Notes under the pieces: generated by a model | Seen by the model: only the letters and a program-made list of their open reading frames with translations | The model's database searches: none | What the model was told of the DNA's origin: nothing | Translations under genes and position numbers: made by a program | Part shown: in pieces, positions 48,083 through 64,000 of the stretch | Layout of the letters: every line of letters begins with the position of its first letter | How positions within the stretch are numbered: the first letter of the stretch is position 1 | NCBI GenBank assembly: GCA_002269645.1 | Contig: NIVC01001349.1 | Span: forward strand, 1-64,000 | Reading direction: 5' to 3' | Source of the DNA: Macrostomum lignano | Taxonomy: Eukaryota | DNA: 64,000 bases

Positions 48083-48760
48083 GAGCTCTTAATCTTGGAA
48101 TTGTGTTTAAAAAATCGGCCTTCAAAAAAGTTGTATTCAAGGTTAGAGAGGAGATTCGACAGCTCCGCTTGAAGCTTGGGACTGAAGTGGATGGTGGGTT
48201 GGAGATGAGACTGGGATGGAATTAATTCCTAAAAGTGTCAATTAAACTTTCTCGCCTTCAGCTGCAGCACTGAGATCGACAACAAATGGAGCTTTAAAAA
48301 ATGCTTCAGACTCATGGGAATTGGGAAATCTAGCGCCTGGTATCTTGAAGGGAAGAGAGTTCGAACTCGACACGGCCTGGCGAGCGGTAATTGTGTATAG
48401 TGTGCCAGAGTGGGCGAGTGGGCGAGTGAAATAGAAGTACAAATTGCCTGGCAGTTGGCCCAAGTGTCTCGAAGAGTTCGTGCTCGCGGGGAAACCGAGT
48501 GGGAAGAGACTAATTGCGATGGTGTTGGGAAAAGGGGGGATGGCGGAATGGGGAGAAAGTCGAGGAAATTAGAATGGAGCTGCTGCGAAGGGGAGATTCT
48601 GTGCCTCCTTCATCCTTGTCCCCGCCTGTCCGTTCCCTGGCTGCTGGCCCCCCCAAACACATTGGGCAAAAATGTTGTCAGTCAGGAGGGTGTGGGAGAA
48701 TTCTCGATCGAATCCAGTTTTTATCCTCAGAAGATTATATAAAAATCGTTAATAAAGTCT

Positions 48761-49308
48761 TAGTGACGGATCCAAATGGGTCTGAGGGGTCAACTGACCC
48801 CTTCAGAGAAAATCAACGGCGTCATATGACCACCCCGGAGACTCAGAGAAGCCCTATTATTTACCTTTTTGATAGCAATATAGAGATTCTAATTCTGTAT
48901 AATCTATATTCGAGTTTGGAGTCAGTGTCGGATCTACAGGGGTCGTAAAGGGTCAGCTGACCTCCCTCTAAGAAAATCAGGGGCTCATGACCACCCCTCC
49001 TCCCCTCATTAAAAATTTATCTCTTTGGTTTTGATTTAACTTGGGGTTTCTCGTCTCGTTGTTTAAATTTGCCGACCGTGGCGGATCCAAGGCGGGTGGG
49101 GGTCGAGGGAGTGAGATGACCACCCCCAGGGAGGTCTAGGGAGTCAGCTTACCTCCCCGGAAGGGGTCGAGGGAGTCAGTTGACCTCCCCGGTCGAAGGA
49201 GCCATCTGATTACCCCGGGGGAGGGGGAGGGTTGGGGGAGTCAGCTGATCAACCCGGGGGTCGAGGGAGTCAGCTGACCCCCCGGGGACAATCGTGGATC
49301 GGCCCTAG
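48761..49308 (+). mobile_element. Cluster of three diverged MITE-like 5' ends (CAGTGGCGGATCCA-type), the last with a matching 3' end
   Basis: tagtgacggatcca (48761), cagtgtcggatcta (48923) and ccgtggcggatcca (49076), closing with tggatcggccctag (~49295-49308). Shared gggtcagctgacc motifs. Confidence 0.5.
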
Positions 49309-50139
49309 TCAGCCATGGCGGAATGGAGGCTCTCGTAAAAAATGCCTCACGCGAGCTGAGCAGTCGCGTGGACCAGCGGATTAGCGCTAATCCAGCGAGC
49401 GAGGAATAGCAAAATGAAGGGGTCTGCTGAGGGGGTCAGGGGACAAACAAATGGCTAGAAATTCCTATCCGATTGAAGATAATTAGTTTCAGTCCCTCGG
49501 CAAAAACAACAAACCCGCCGAATTCAAATCTGCTTGGCCTGACCCGGCCGTTTCTAGGAAATTTCTGCGCGATAAAACAAAAAATGCTATTTTTTGGTTT
49601 GGTTTGACGAGGGGAAATCGAAAATTTAAATCCCGCTCAGCTTTTAGCTTTTTTCCTCTCTGTCGTAACTCATCGGATTGGGGTGCTTGTGCCTTTTCGG
49701 TTCAGATTGCTTTTTTATAGTTTCCAGGTTGTACCATTCTGTGCCTGCTCACCTCGCTTGAAATGCTAAAGGATTATGTTGCTGAGTTCAGGATTAGCGG
49801 CAGTCCCACTCATCCACGCTGAGGGCAACAGCATTGGGGAAAATCTTCCCAAAGTACTTTCTTGTACCAGCTATACAATGCAAGCAGATTGTGGCTCAAG
49901 TCTCTCCAGCAGATTGATGCGATTTCTCTTGCATACTTGACCCTCCCCCTTCTGGAGCAGATCCCGCTGATGCTCAATCAGTACGCCGCATGCCTCTGGC
50001 CCCAAATCTTGAAATTTATGACTGGGTTAGCCTCAGCCTGCTCAGCTTCTTCTCAAGGCATCGATCATGCAGGATGAGCAGCACTTTCTTGCATAAAAAA
50101 CATGACAGCTCAGCGAGTGCTGGCCGAGTGATGAGCTTG

Positions 50140-51086
50140 GATCTGTGTAGCTTCACAACACTCAGCTTCACAAACCTCGTAGCTTCACAACCATCATAGC
50201 TTCACAGCCCTCGTAGTTTCACAACCCTCGTAGCTTCCCAACCATCATAGCTTCACAACCCTCGTAGCTTCACAACCCTCGTAGCTTCACAACCCTCGTA
50301 GCTTCACAACCCTCGTAGCTTCACAACCTTCGTAGCTTCACAACCCTCGTAGCTTCACAACCTTCGTAGCTTCACAACCCTCGTAGCTTCACAACCCTCG
50401 TAGCTTCCCAACCATCATAGCTTCACAACCCGTGTAGCTTCACAACCCGTGTAGCTTCACAACCCGTGTAGCTTCACAACCCGTGTAGCTTCACAAACCG
50501 TGTAGCTTCACAACCCTCATAGCTTCACAACACTCAGCTTCACAACCCTCGTGTAGCTTCACAACCCTCGTAGCTTCACAACACTCAGCTTCACAACCCT
50601 CGTGTAGCTTCACAACCCTCGTAGCTTCACAACCCTCGTAGCTACACAACCCTCGTAGCTACACAACCCTCGTAGCTACACAACCCTCGTAGCTTCACAA
50701 CCCTCGTAGCTTCACAACCCTCGTAGCTTCACAACCCTCGTAGCTACACAACCCTCGTAGCTTCACAACCCGTGTAGCTTTACAACCCTCGTAGCTTCAC
50801 AACCCGTGTAGCTTCACAAACCGTGTAGCTTCACAACCCTCATAGCTTCACAACACTCAGCTTCACAACCCTCGTAGCTTCACAACCCTTGTAGCTTCAC
50901 AACCCGTGTAGCTTCACAACCCTCGTAGCTACACAACCCTCGTAGCTTCACAACCCGTGTAGCTTCACAACCCTCGTAGCTTCACAACCCGTGTAGCTTC
51001 ACAACCCGTGTAGCTTCACAACCCTCGTAGCTTCACAACCCGTGTAGCTTCACAACCCGTGTAGCTTCACAACCCTCGTAGCTTCA
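50140..51086 (+). repeat. 17-bp minisatellite tagcttcacaaccctcg
   Basis: Direct inspection. Confidence 0.97.
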
Positions 51087-52480
51087 AAAAGTAAAATCTA
51101 ATAAGTTTCACAGCCTCTAAAGTGTCAAGCCTTAGCTACACAAAACTGACAACTCAAGGCGCTGTTTAGCTATTCTGTTTGACAACTCAAACTAGAACAG
51201 CTGAGTTCACGCTCCCAACTCAGCACTTTGCGCCAAGCAACCAGCTCACTGCATCATCTGGCAGAGTCTCAAGAAGGCCTTGGCATCGTCGGGCCCACAA
51301 TGCCCGGTGCCGGAAGACGCTACCGATCGTAAATCAGACGCGCTGAGAGGCTGAGGCAGGCGCTCAGATCTCATTCTTCATCAGCCACCCCCCTCCTCTC
51401 TCTGATCTGATTGTCGGCAGCTCTATTGAGAGACCCGACTCCCGCTTGACCCCCCGGCACCCCTTGCACTGTCTGCTTCCAGCTGCTGGCCAGTTCTCTC
51501 TTCCGGCGGCTGTGGAGGCTGCCTGGGACAGAAGAGTTCAGAGGATTAGGAAGCGGTTAATCCATCACTGGGCCGGGACCGCAGGCGGCCTACCTAATTG
51601 AATTAAGCGCCAGGTTTAATGGCCAGCCGCCCGGGTCGCAGATGCCGAGCCTGTTTGAAAATCCGCCGTCTTCTCCCTCGCCTCTCAGTGGCGATGAAAA
51701 ATCCCCAAATAGGAAATTGGGGGAAAAGGGATCGAAGCGGAGACAGAGAAGAGCCGACTGTAAGAAGGATTAATCATTTTTTTTCTGTTATTTTTCCCTC
51801 GAATTTGTCCGCCGAGAATTCGCAGAGAGGAGGGAAAGAGGCGAATTAACTGAAAATTTGTTTATTCCTTCTTTGCCAAGAGGAAATTGGAGATGAAAAA
51901 TCGAGGGGGGGGGTCCATCAGTCTCACAAAGGACTGAAAAAACTGAAAAATCTCTTCTTCAAACAGGCCGGCACGCAACTGGGACTCCTCGGGATCCCGG
52001 AGACAATCTGCTGCATCAGTCTCGGGATTCTGAGGACTGCTCGCTTGGGACAGCTCTGACACGCATTGTCAGGAATGATATCTTTCAGGGAGAATGTTTT
52101 TGGCGATTGGGGCTGCTTGTTGTCACAACTGGGGACCAGTTGTAGCCATTCTCACTCTTGCTAATAGGCTCACGACATCCATTTCTGTCCCAAACTGTGT
52201 TCGCACGAAGCGTAGCATCTGCCTGTGTGTGTTCAGGATGGGCTTCCAATTATCAGGTGTGCTGACTATCCACTGTATTCTGGGGTGCGCAGAAGTGACT
52301 GGGGGTCGACCGCGATCTCTCGCACCTGTACAAACACGTGTCCCCGCCCCCACAGCCTGCATGCCACTTGGCTGCTGCACACGACAGCTTGGGAGACGGC
52401 CCTGCCCTGCCCAGGGCCACGCCTCCTCCTTGCTCACCTAAAGTTGACAAGGCTCAGTGGCGTGTTTGCAGTGAGTCCCG

Positions 52481-52606
<126 letters not shown>

Positions 52607-52899
52607 TCCAACTCTTCTCGACTAATTGAAGCCAGAAGCCACGCAGCCAGTTTAACCAAAATCCCGCGCAATGCATGTTGCAGCTGAGAGTGGCTGCTGC
52701 GCCAAATGAAAGCGGGAAAGCTATAAACTTTTCAAGCACCTTGTCTGGAAGCTTTTAGCTAGAGAAAAATTGAGAGAAAGGACAGCTAATGCTTTGTAAT
52801 TGGAGAATTTGGAATTTAAAGGCACTTTTTTGGGGGGAAGAATTATTTAGAAAGGACTCCTGGAAAGGAGAGATTTTCAGGGGGAACTCTCATTCTCGA

Positions 52900-53262
52900 G
52901 GTAGACTCTCAAGTGAAATTCCTAGGGTAGAATCTCAAGCGAGACCAGGGTAGACTCTCAAGTGAGACTGCCAGGGTAGACTCTCAAGTGAGACTGCCAG
53001 GGTAGACTCTCAAGTGAGACTGTCAGGGTAGACTCTCAAGTGAGACTGCCAGGGTAGACTCTCAAGTGAGACTGCCAGGGTAGACTCTCAAGTGAGACTG
53101 CCAGGGTAGACTCTCAAGTGAGACTGCCAGGGTAGACTCTCAAGTGAGACTGCCAGGGTAGACTCTCAAGTGAGACTGCCAGGGTAGACTCTCAAGTGAG
53201 ACTGCCAGGGTAGACTCTCAAGTGAGACTGTCAGGGTAGACTCTCAAGTGAGACTCCCAGGG
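52900..53262 (+). repeat. 26-bp minisatellite gccagggtagactctcaagtgagact
   Basis: Direct inspection. Confidence 0.95.
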
Positions 53263-54776
53263 TTAGACTCTCGGAAGAGACTTTCATGAGAACTCTCAGA
53301 TTTGACTCTAAGGAGTGTCTCCCATGAGACCAAAGGGACTCCCAGACTCTCAAAAAGACTCTCAGGGAAAATGTCACACAGACAATTAGGGGGAGGTCAC
53401 TCCCAGGGGGACGAGAGACACCCAAGAGAGACTCTCTCAGAGAACTCTTGGAACAATCATAAACATGAGCATGCTTTTTTGCTTGAAACATTGTCACTTG
53501 TAATTCTATCGAAAATCGTAAACGTTAATTTTAACTGAGTGGTTTGTAACTCTGTATAGACTGTAAAAAAGGAAACAGTCAATCCTATTCAGAATGATAC
53601 ACACTAATTTCCCTGTTGCTACCCTGTTGCCACGCGGATAAATTCCAAGCGTGTAATGATATAGATAGATAGACAAAGAGGTCGGTCGTTACGTTATTCA
53701 GTCAATTCGAAACAGGCTAAAGCGATTTAGAAGCGATGGAGACAGACAGTCAGCCACATCAACCACCCATTCCCATGGGGAGACCCGGGAGCTCGCCAAA
53801 TAATTACAAATTTTCCCCTATCTCGCTTCCTTCTCTGCCTTTCGATAAACCGTTGGGAGCTTTTCAATTTTTCTCATTAGCTGACATTGGTGTGGCACAG
53901 CAAGGGGGCCGCAGTGACGGACAGATGTGGTGGGGAGTCTGCATATCTGCATGGCGTTGGCATGTCAATGGGGCTGGTTGGCAACTATAGCTTGGAATAG
54001 CTACATAGTCTCCAGCATTCTGATTCACTCTCAAGTCCTCAAGGGAGGGAATTGGCTGTGGCTCTTCCTCTGGCTAGCGGTATAACTTGAGTGCACAAAT
54101 CCCGCTCGGACTGGCGCCAATGTTTTAACGGATTTGAGAAACCCTTGATGCGAATTTTATGCTGAAAAGGAAACCGGCAACGATTCTGAAACTGGTCATG
54201 ACTAAACCCTGACAGAAGGCTTCTTTCTCTCCCTCCCTGACCTGCTCACGCTGGGGCAAAACGCTACAAAAGCAGAGGGGAGTCTGGTCGTGTTCGTGCC
54301 TCAGCTCGTCACTCGCTTTCCTGTTTCTGAAGCCCCACACCGAGTTATGAGACTTATTCTCATTAATTCATATGAGCTATAGTATTCGTTATTAATAACC
54401 GTCTTTATGAAAGTCGAACTGGAGGTGTGCGCGTGACGCAACAGCATACGGAAAACTGGGCTGGTATGGCGTGGACTCATCGGGCCGTGAAAAGTTGAGA
54501 GAAGAGGGGATAGAGAGAGCATCGTGAGTCCCGATACTGGGGCTAGACTTGAGCTTCAAGAGTCGTCGGGCCTCTCACTCTCGTTCTATTTCTCCTGCAC
54601 GACATGCTTTTTGACAGAATGCGATTCATAGATTCTGGGTTGTCAAGATGACAAATTTGCATTGTACAACTGGCTTCGATCCATTGAGGGAATCATCAAT
54701 CAGCAATACAGATGCAGATATGGAGATATGTTGAGAATGTTTCGCTTCCTAGGAATTAGTGGGTGCCGGTTCTCTA

Positions 54777-55370
<594 letters not shown>

Positions 55371-55701
55371 TTGCGTGTTACCCTTTTTTTTTTTTACCCG
55401 GCTTGCAAACGAAAAAAGCGGAATTTAAGCCAAGCTTCAAACCGGCAGTCCATCAGATTGGCATTGATCCAGTTAAATTGAAAATTTCTAAATTACAGTA
55501 CTTGAAGCTTCAAGGCCCCAATACACCCGACCGAGGGCAGTTCAGCTATTCAGATTCGTATCAAAGCTTTTACGTAACTCGAAATTTGAATTTGACTCAG
55601 TGGGGCAAGCGGGTCACAAATGCGTACGACTGCCAAGAGGAGAGATTTTAGCGAAATTTGAAGGCCAATGCTTTGTATACGATTATCTGATTGCAGTGGA
55701 A

Positions 55702-56625
55702 TCTACCCAGTTAGGAATAGAGCCTACCCAGATCGGGGTGTAGAACCTACCCAGCTCGGAGTGTAGAACCTACCCAGCTCGGAGTGTAGAACCTACCCAG
55801 ATCGGTGTGTAGAACCTACCCAGATCGGGGTGTAGAACCTACCCAGCTCGGAGTGTAGAACCTACCCAGATCGGAGTGTAGAACCTACCCAGATCCGGGT
55901 GTAGAACCTACCCAGCTCGGAGTGTAGAACCTACCCAGATCGGAGTATAGAACCTACCCAAATCGGAGTATAGAACCTACCCAGATCGGAGTATAGAACC
56001 TACCCAGATCGGAGTATAGAACCTACCCAGATCAGAGTAGAACCTACCCAGTTCCGAGTAGAACCTACCCAGATCGGAGTAGAACCTACCCAGATCGGAG
56101 TAGAACCTACCCTAATCGGAGTGTAGAACCTACCCAGATCGGAGTATAGAACCTACCCAAATCGGAGTATAGAACCTACCCAAATCGGAGTATAGAACCT
56201 ACCCAGATCGGAGTAGAACCTACCCAGATCAGAGTAGAACCTACCCAGTTCCGAGTAGAACCTACCCAGATCGGAGTAGAACCTACCCAGATCGGAGTAT
56301 AGAACCTACCCAGATCAGAGTAGAACCTACCCAGTTCCGAGTAGAACCTACCCAGATCGGAGTAGAACCTACCCAGATCGGAGTATAGAACCTACCCAGT
56401 TAGGAATAGAACCTACCCAGATCGGAGTAGAACCTACCCAGATCGGAGAATAGAACCTTCCCAGTTAGGAATAGTACCTACCCAGATCGGAGTAGAACCT
56501 ACCCAAATCAGAATAGAACCTACCCAGATCGGAGTAGAACCTACCCAAATCAGAATAGAACCTACCCAGATCGGAGTAAAACCTACCCAAATCAGAATAG
56601 AACCTACCCATATCGGAGTAGAACC
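55702..56625 (+). repeat. ~21-23 bp minisatellite agaacctacccagatcggagt(gt/at)
   Basis: Direct inspection. Confidence 0.95.
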
Positions 56626-56661
56626 TATTATTATTAAAAATAGGACCTATAAAATTATTAT

Positions 56662-56785
56662 TGTGTACTATAAAAGAGCCGCTTAATAAACTTCTACTGA
56701 AAGCAGGAGCTACGATAGCTTCAGCCCGGTGGTTAAGCAATAAAACTGGAGCCCTACCAACTTTAATAGCTTACCTAGATAAGCA
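56662..56785 (+). mobile_element. Possible short solo LTR-like insert, 124 bp
   Basis: TG...CA termini with ATTAT on both sides; tataaaag and two aataaa motifs. The AT-rich TSD could be chance. Confidence 0.35.
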
Positions 56786-57644
56786 ATTATGATGATGAAC
56801 AAAGAGGTTCTCGGGTAATTTCCCCAATTTAATGTCTTTATAGAAGCTTCCAAAGTAAGTCCCTTTTGTGCTGACCAGGATAGCCTACTTCCGGGGATCT
56901 GCCATTATTGGTATCCCCCAATATGGCCTTCCCTCCATATCAGATTAAATTAACGCCGGATAAAATCTCATGAAGAAAAAACCGGCAGAACAGCCAACCC
57001 CTCCCTCCCCAGCATCAGAAATTAAGTTGAATTTCACGAGCAGCCAGAGTCCGAGACACTCTCCACCCCCGAGGGGCTTCGACTGGGATTAAGAGGCAGG
57101 ACAGGGGGGAGACGGTGAGAGGCGCGAGAGGCGGATGATATCAAGAAGGCAAAGAGAAAGGGGGAATGATGCCAAAATTCGAATTCGGCTTGGCCCAATC
57201 TCCCATTTCTTGGCCGGCCGGCCGTAATCAGCAACAGCAGCAGCGGCCGCCAGGGTTAACCATTTTATTGGGGGGGGGGCTTGGACCCCCCCCCCCCAGG
57301 ACTCAGCGGGGAAGAAAGAAACCGGGGCAAAGAATTTGAGCACAGTCTCTGCCTTCTTATCTTGGAAAATAGAGGGTTTCCATTTTGAAATCCCCCTGAG
57401 AGAGTGAGAGGGGGTGGGGTGGAAACGTGATACCAGGAGAGAGAAGAGAAGAGAGCGGAGAGCGGGATGAGACGTCTTCTTGGTCATTTTATTCCCACAG
57501 TAACCGGTTTCCGCGGCTTATCCTCGCCTTCTCAAGAAAGTATTCGCATGATCGCATCAAAACGCATCGGGGAATTTCCATTCTGTCCCGTCTAATCGTA
57601 AAATTACCCTTCAAAATCTTTCATCTCGTTTGTCAAATCTTTCT

Positions 57645-58397
57645 CAGTGAGATCCCATCTCAGGTTCTCTCTCTCAGTTCAGTGAGATCCCATCTCAGGA
57701 GCTATTCTCTCTCTCTCTCTCTCACTTCAGTGAGATCCCATCTCAGGTGCTATTCTCTCTCTCTCTCACTTCAGTGAGATCCCTATCTCAGGAGCTATTC
57801 TCTCTCTTTCTCTCTCACTTCAGTGAGATCCCATCTCATGTGCTATTCTCTCTCTCACTTCAGTGAGATCCCATCTCAGGTGCTATTCTCTCTCTCTCAG
57901 TTCAGTGAGATCCCTATCTCAGGAGCTATTCTCTCTCTTTCTCTCTCACTTCAGTGAGATCCCATCTCATGTGCTATTCTCTCTCTCACTTCAGTGAGAT
58001 CCCATCTCAGGTGTTATTCTCTCTCTCTCTCTCTCAGTTCAGTGAGATCCCATCTCAGGTGCTATTCTCTCTCTCTCTCAGTTCAGTGAGATCCCATCTC
58101 ATGTGCTATTCTCTCTCTCAGTTCAGTGAGATCCCATCTCAGGTGCTATTCTCTCTCTCTCAGTTCAGTGAGATCCCATCTCAGGTGCTATTTTCTCTGT
58201 TTAGTTCAGTGAGATCCCATCTCAGGTGCTATTTTCTCTGTTTAGTTCAGTGAGATCCCATCTCAGGTGCTATTTTCTCTGTTTAGTTCAGTGAGATCCC
58301 ACCTCAGGTGCTATTTTCTCTGTTTAGTTCAGTGAGATCCCATCTCAGGCGCTATTCTCTCTCTCACAGTTCAGTGAGATCCCATCTCAGGTGCTAT

Positions 58398-58431
<34 letters not shown>

Positions 58432-58460
58432 AGTTCAGTTCAGTGAGATCCCATCTCATG
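57645..58460 (+). repeat. ~40-bp minisatellite ttcagtgagatcccatctcaggtgctattctc(tc)n
   Basis: Direct inspection; each unit contains the hairpin tgagat-ccc-atctca. Confidence 0.95.
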
Positions 58461-59000
58461 CTTTCCTTCACCTCAGCACCCAAAAATATCACGTGAGCTA
58501 GTCTATCCCAGGCTTGAACCTGTTTAAACAATGCAGTTAGCTTAGCCAGAGGTAAGCAGAATCGAAGCCGAGTTTTGTGGACTCCGAGCCGCAACTCAGT
58601 GGAGCAGCAGCGGATCGGTTACAAATTTTGGTGGGGGTGGGTAGAAAAACGGGGATGCTAGCTGCCACTGCTCTGCTCAGCTTTGGAAATCCTAGCTCGG
58701 TTGGTACACGGAACCAGTGCGCGATTGTTGAGCCAATAAACAGGATTTCGATCCTTGAACAGGCGTCTTTGCCTATTGTGAAACTCTGCTCAGGCGGGGC
58801 TGCCTGTGAGAGGCTTGGGCTATGGGTTGGCTGGCAAGTCAGTGCATGGGCAGATTGTCTCTAGATTGAATGCTCCAGCGTGGACAATAGCAATCGGTGT
58901 AGAGTGATACGGAGCGCGGGGCTTGCCTACCAGATTGGCAATAAATGGAATCGATGGCCCGCGATTAATTATTCAACTACTAGGAAACTGCTCAGCATGA

Positions 59001-61135
<2,135 letters not shown>

Positions 61136-61574
61136 TGATCGCGAAATGATAGTTATATATTTGAGTTCAGGCACCGCTCTAGGCAACTAACTAATTAGCA
61201 AAGAGAGCAAGAGCAATTTAGCACTCACCTGTATTTGGATTCAAACCGCCACAATGAGGTTCAAAGCTTGGGCTGCCTCGGTCTGATGCAGAGCAAGAGC
61301 AATCAATGAACGGCTTTGTCAGCAATCCAAAATGGAATTGGGATACCAGAGGCCCGTCTTTTTGTCTTAAACCGAGTGAATGTCATTGGTTGCATTCTCC
61401 CAGCCAATTGCAAGGCAATATTATCGCGGGTTTTATGTTTACTACTTAAAACAGAATGGAAAGCAGTAGTCACAAAGGAGCATTTATAGTATCAAGTAGT
61501 TTTTGTTGCAGCAAGAAAATATGCTAAATAACAACAGAACAACACATAACTTTCGTTTCGTCTGGTTTTCGCTG

Positions 61575-64000
61575 AGCAATGTGCGGATCGTTGTGGTCTA
61601 AAGCTCTCTGAGACTAAGACCGCAGTGATCATGTTCACCAGCAGGACCAAGTGGCAGATTCGGCCGCTCACGCTTTACGGAAGGGATATCCCCCTCTGCA
61701 AGCAGACTAAATGCCTAGGTATTACCCTGGACCACAGGCTGAACTGGTCACCTTACGTTCAAACAAAAGCCAAAAAGGCCTTCGCAGTCCTCACGCAATT
61801 GCGCAGGGCTGTCGGCACCACCTGGGGGCTCACCTGTTAGGCTTTCTGTTCACCGGGGTCTTAATTTGTCCGGGGGACATCGCAAAGCAAAATTATTGTC
61901 GCTTTGCGATAACCTACCCTGGATAATCCAAGGCACAACAAAATCGGGCTTTGAAATATCCTGGGTCTTAAATTGTCCGGGGTGAATAAAGATTGGGGTG
62001 GCAAGTTAGTCAAATTATTTACAAGATAAGGCGCATGTGAATGTGTGGGGCAGAAGGACATCATTAAGCTGCTTGGAGGGGCAGATGAGATGCAGTCTAA
62101 AAATAAATCGATAATAGACTGTTGTTAAAAGTACCGTACAAGCGTACATGCCATGAATATCAGTGTACGAGCTAATAACCCTCAAAGTAATGTGCTGCGC
62201 AAATTATAATACACCTATTCTTTCAGATAGTTGGAATATACTTCTTGTCCACGTCCTACGTTTTGGAAAAAAAATTCTTTCGGTGGCTAAAGTAACGCTA
62301 AATCAAGTGTTTTTTTCTGTTTTTAGCGACGAGCAGGTTAAGCTGCCGGAACATTCCAGTACAAAAGAGAGATGCGAATCTGCAGAAGAGGTGGAGTTCG
62401 CGGGTCTACCAAATCATCAAATGTCTCGGCAAAAATAGCTCGTACTTATCAGCTGGCTGGTTTCTCAAAATTTGAAAACGGAAGGCATCCCAATCAAAGC
62501 ATCGGAAGAATGCTGTGACTCATCAAGCTTCATTCAGCGGATCGCCAGTTTTTGATTTATCGAATTAGATTGGTGAATGGAGTAACAAACTGTTTTTTGG
62601 TTGACAATAGTAGCTTTAATTTTAATTATTTTTGGAGTGTGGGAAATGCGAAATAGTGATTGAAAATATACTCGGTTAAAGAAGCATGACGCAGATGTTT
62701 GCCAATTGAAAAAGTAGCAAATTTTTTCTACTTTGTGAAAATTGATTTCGAAATTTTGCTATTCCAAACCCCGGAGATCAGTAGCCGGATGTCCTAAAGC
62801 AAACCTCTGTCTCCGCAGACAGACCCCTCTCTTTCAACCTACAGTCGGATGTCCTAAGACAACTTCCCTTCTTGTGATCTCCGGGCCGGATAGCAGAGTC
62901 AGTGCCGTAGGATGTCCGGGAGAGACATCTCAAAGTGCCCGGACAATGCAAAGCAGCTCAAGATATCCGGGAAGGAGAAAACAAAGCAGGTTTTTTGCTG
63001 GCAGTATCCGGGCGGATATCGTAAGTGCGTTCGGATATCCGGGCCAGACAAAAAAACCCCGGATAGTCTAAAGTGTAACACCCCCAAGCGCCTCTGGTGG
63101 ATCCACTGTAATGGTTAGGCCCGCTATCTCGTACGGCGGCCTGATCTGGGCTAGCGCCCTGCAGATGAAGACCTGCCTGGAGGCTCTCAGGAGAGCGCAA
63201 GGGCGCGCATGTCGCACGATCATGAGCGCCCCCGTCTGCTCCTTACGATGGCCTCAACGCCTTCCTCAACATTCCCCCGCTGGACATCTTTGTCCGCAGG
63301 GAAGCGGCTAAGCCTCCCCACCGTCTGATTTACGCCAGCATTCGTTTCCTGCCCAATAGGGCCATGGCGAAGCGCAAGCTCCTGCCTCACGCCGACCTCT
63401 GCCTCAAAGACTTGAGAGACAGCGGCGGGCTCCACGTCTTATCTGACGGTGAACCCCGCACTCTCAATCTCCTTCAGCGCTACAAGGTCACCATCCCCTC
63501 TAGGGATGCTGCCACTGACCACTGGAATTTCCAGGAGGTGCATTGGTACACGGACGGATCCATCAAAGCTATGCCGGCTTTGGGTCTGCATCACGGCTCA
63601 CGACTCTACACGATCTTTCAGAAGGAAGTCCTTGCTATCAGCTCCTGTGAAGCAAAATCGGAAGGATATCCGAGCCCTTGTCATGACCTTCACTGGCCAT
63701 GGCTACCTCGCTAGGTACTGCTTCCTCCTAGGCGATCTCGAGAGCGAACTTTGCCTTTTTTGCGAGTACGACAATGAAGATGCTCAGCACTTTGTTTGTC
63801 ACTGCCCTTTCTTTACCAGAGACCGGCTACGCTACCTCGGGCCGAACCCGTCCATTGACGAGGTCTGCCAGCCCGACAGCATCTCACGGCTCATCCAGTT
63901 CCTTCGGGCGACAAGACGAGCCACTTTCTTCCCCACGGAAGATCACGCTGCAGGACGGACCGGCGGACCACCCTGACCGCCCCCACGCCTCTGCCTGTCT
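61575..64000 (+). mobile_element. 5'-truncated, decayed non-LTR retrotransposon (RT thumb, partial RNase H, CCHC), interrupted at 61835-63080
   Basis: GLKLSETKTAVIMFT...KCLGITLDHRLNW...AVGTTWGLT, resuming PKRLWW...MVRPAISYG; then VHWYTDGS and TFTGHG...CLFCEYDNEDAQHFVCHCP; stop at 63974-63976; several frameshifts. Confidence 0.9.
61835..63080. mobile_element. Non-autonomous DNA-transposon-like insert (1246 bp) with TGTTA...TAACA ends
   Basis: Splits the LINE codons CTC ACC|CCC AAG. The ends form imperfect ~50-bp TIRs, with clustered subterminal tgtccgg/atatccgg/ccggata motifs. Confidence 0.75.

Overview
Repeat-dense eukaryotic (animal) genomic DNA. GC-rich exons with polyQ/polyG tracts and many micro- and minisatellite arrays resemble a flatworm genome such as Macrostomum; the organism is inference only. 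Two spliced genes can be reconstructed by hand. (1) A disabled SLC18/VMAT-like vesicular amine transporter on the + strand (697-4665), with frameshifts, a premature stop and coding segments missing where satellite arrays now sit. (2) An apparently intact Ihog/CDON/BOC-like Ig+FN3 single-pass receptor on the - strand (7786-25593), with 11 phase-1 exons and its signal-peptide exon not found. Mobile DNA: two 5'-truncated RNase H/CCHC-type non-LTR retrotransposon fragments; a ~1.25 kb TGTTA...TAACA non-autonomous element inserted in one of them; a Penelope-like GIY-YIG element forming a large palindrome with two hammerhead-ribozyme cores, a one-sided tail and a target-site duplication; three or four solo-LTR-like inserts with 5-bp TSDs; a tRNA-headed SINE family with variable heads; and MITE-like elements. 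About 25 distinct tandem arrays account for most long ORFs in the supplied track, which are spurious. No rRNA, intact tRNA or CRISPR array was found.
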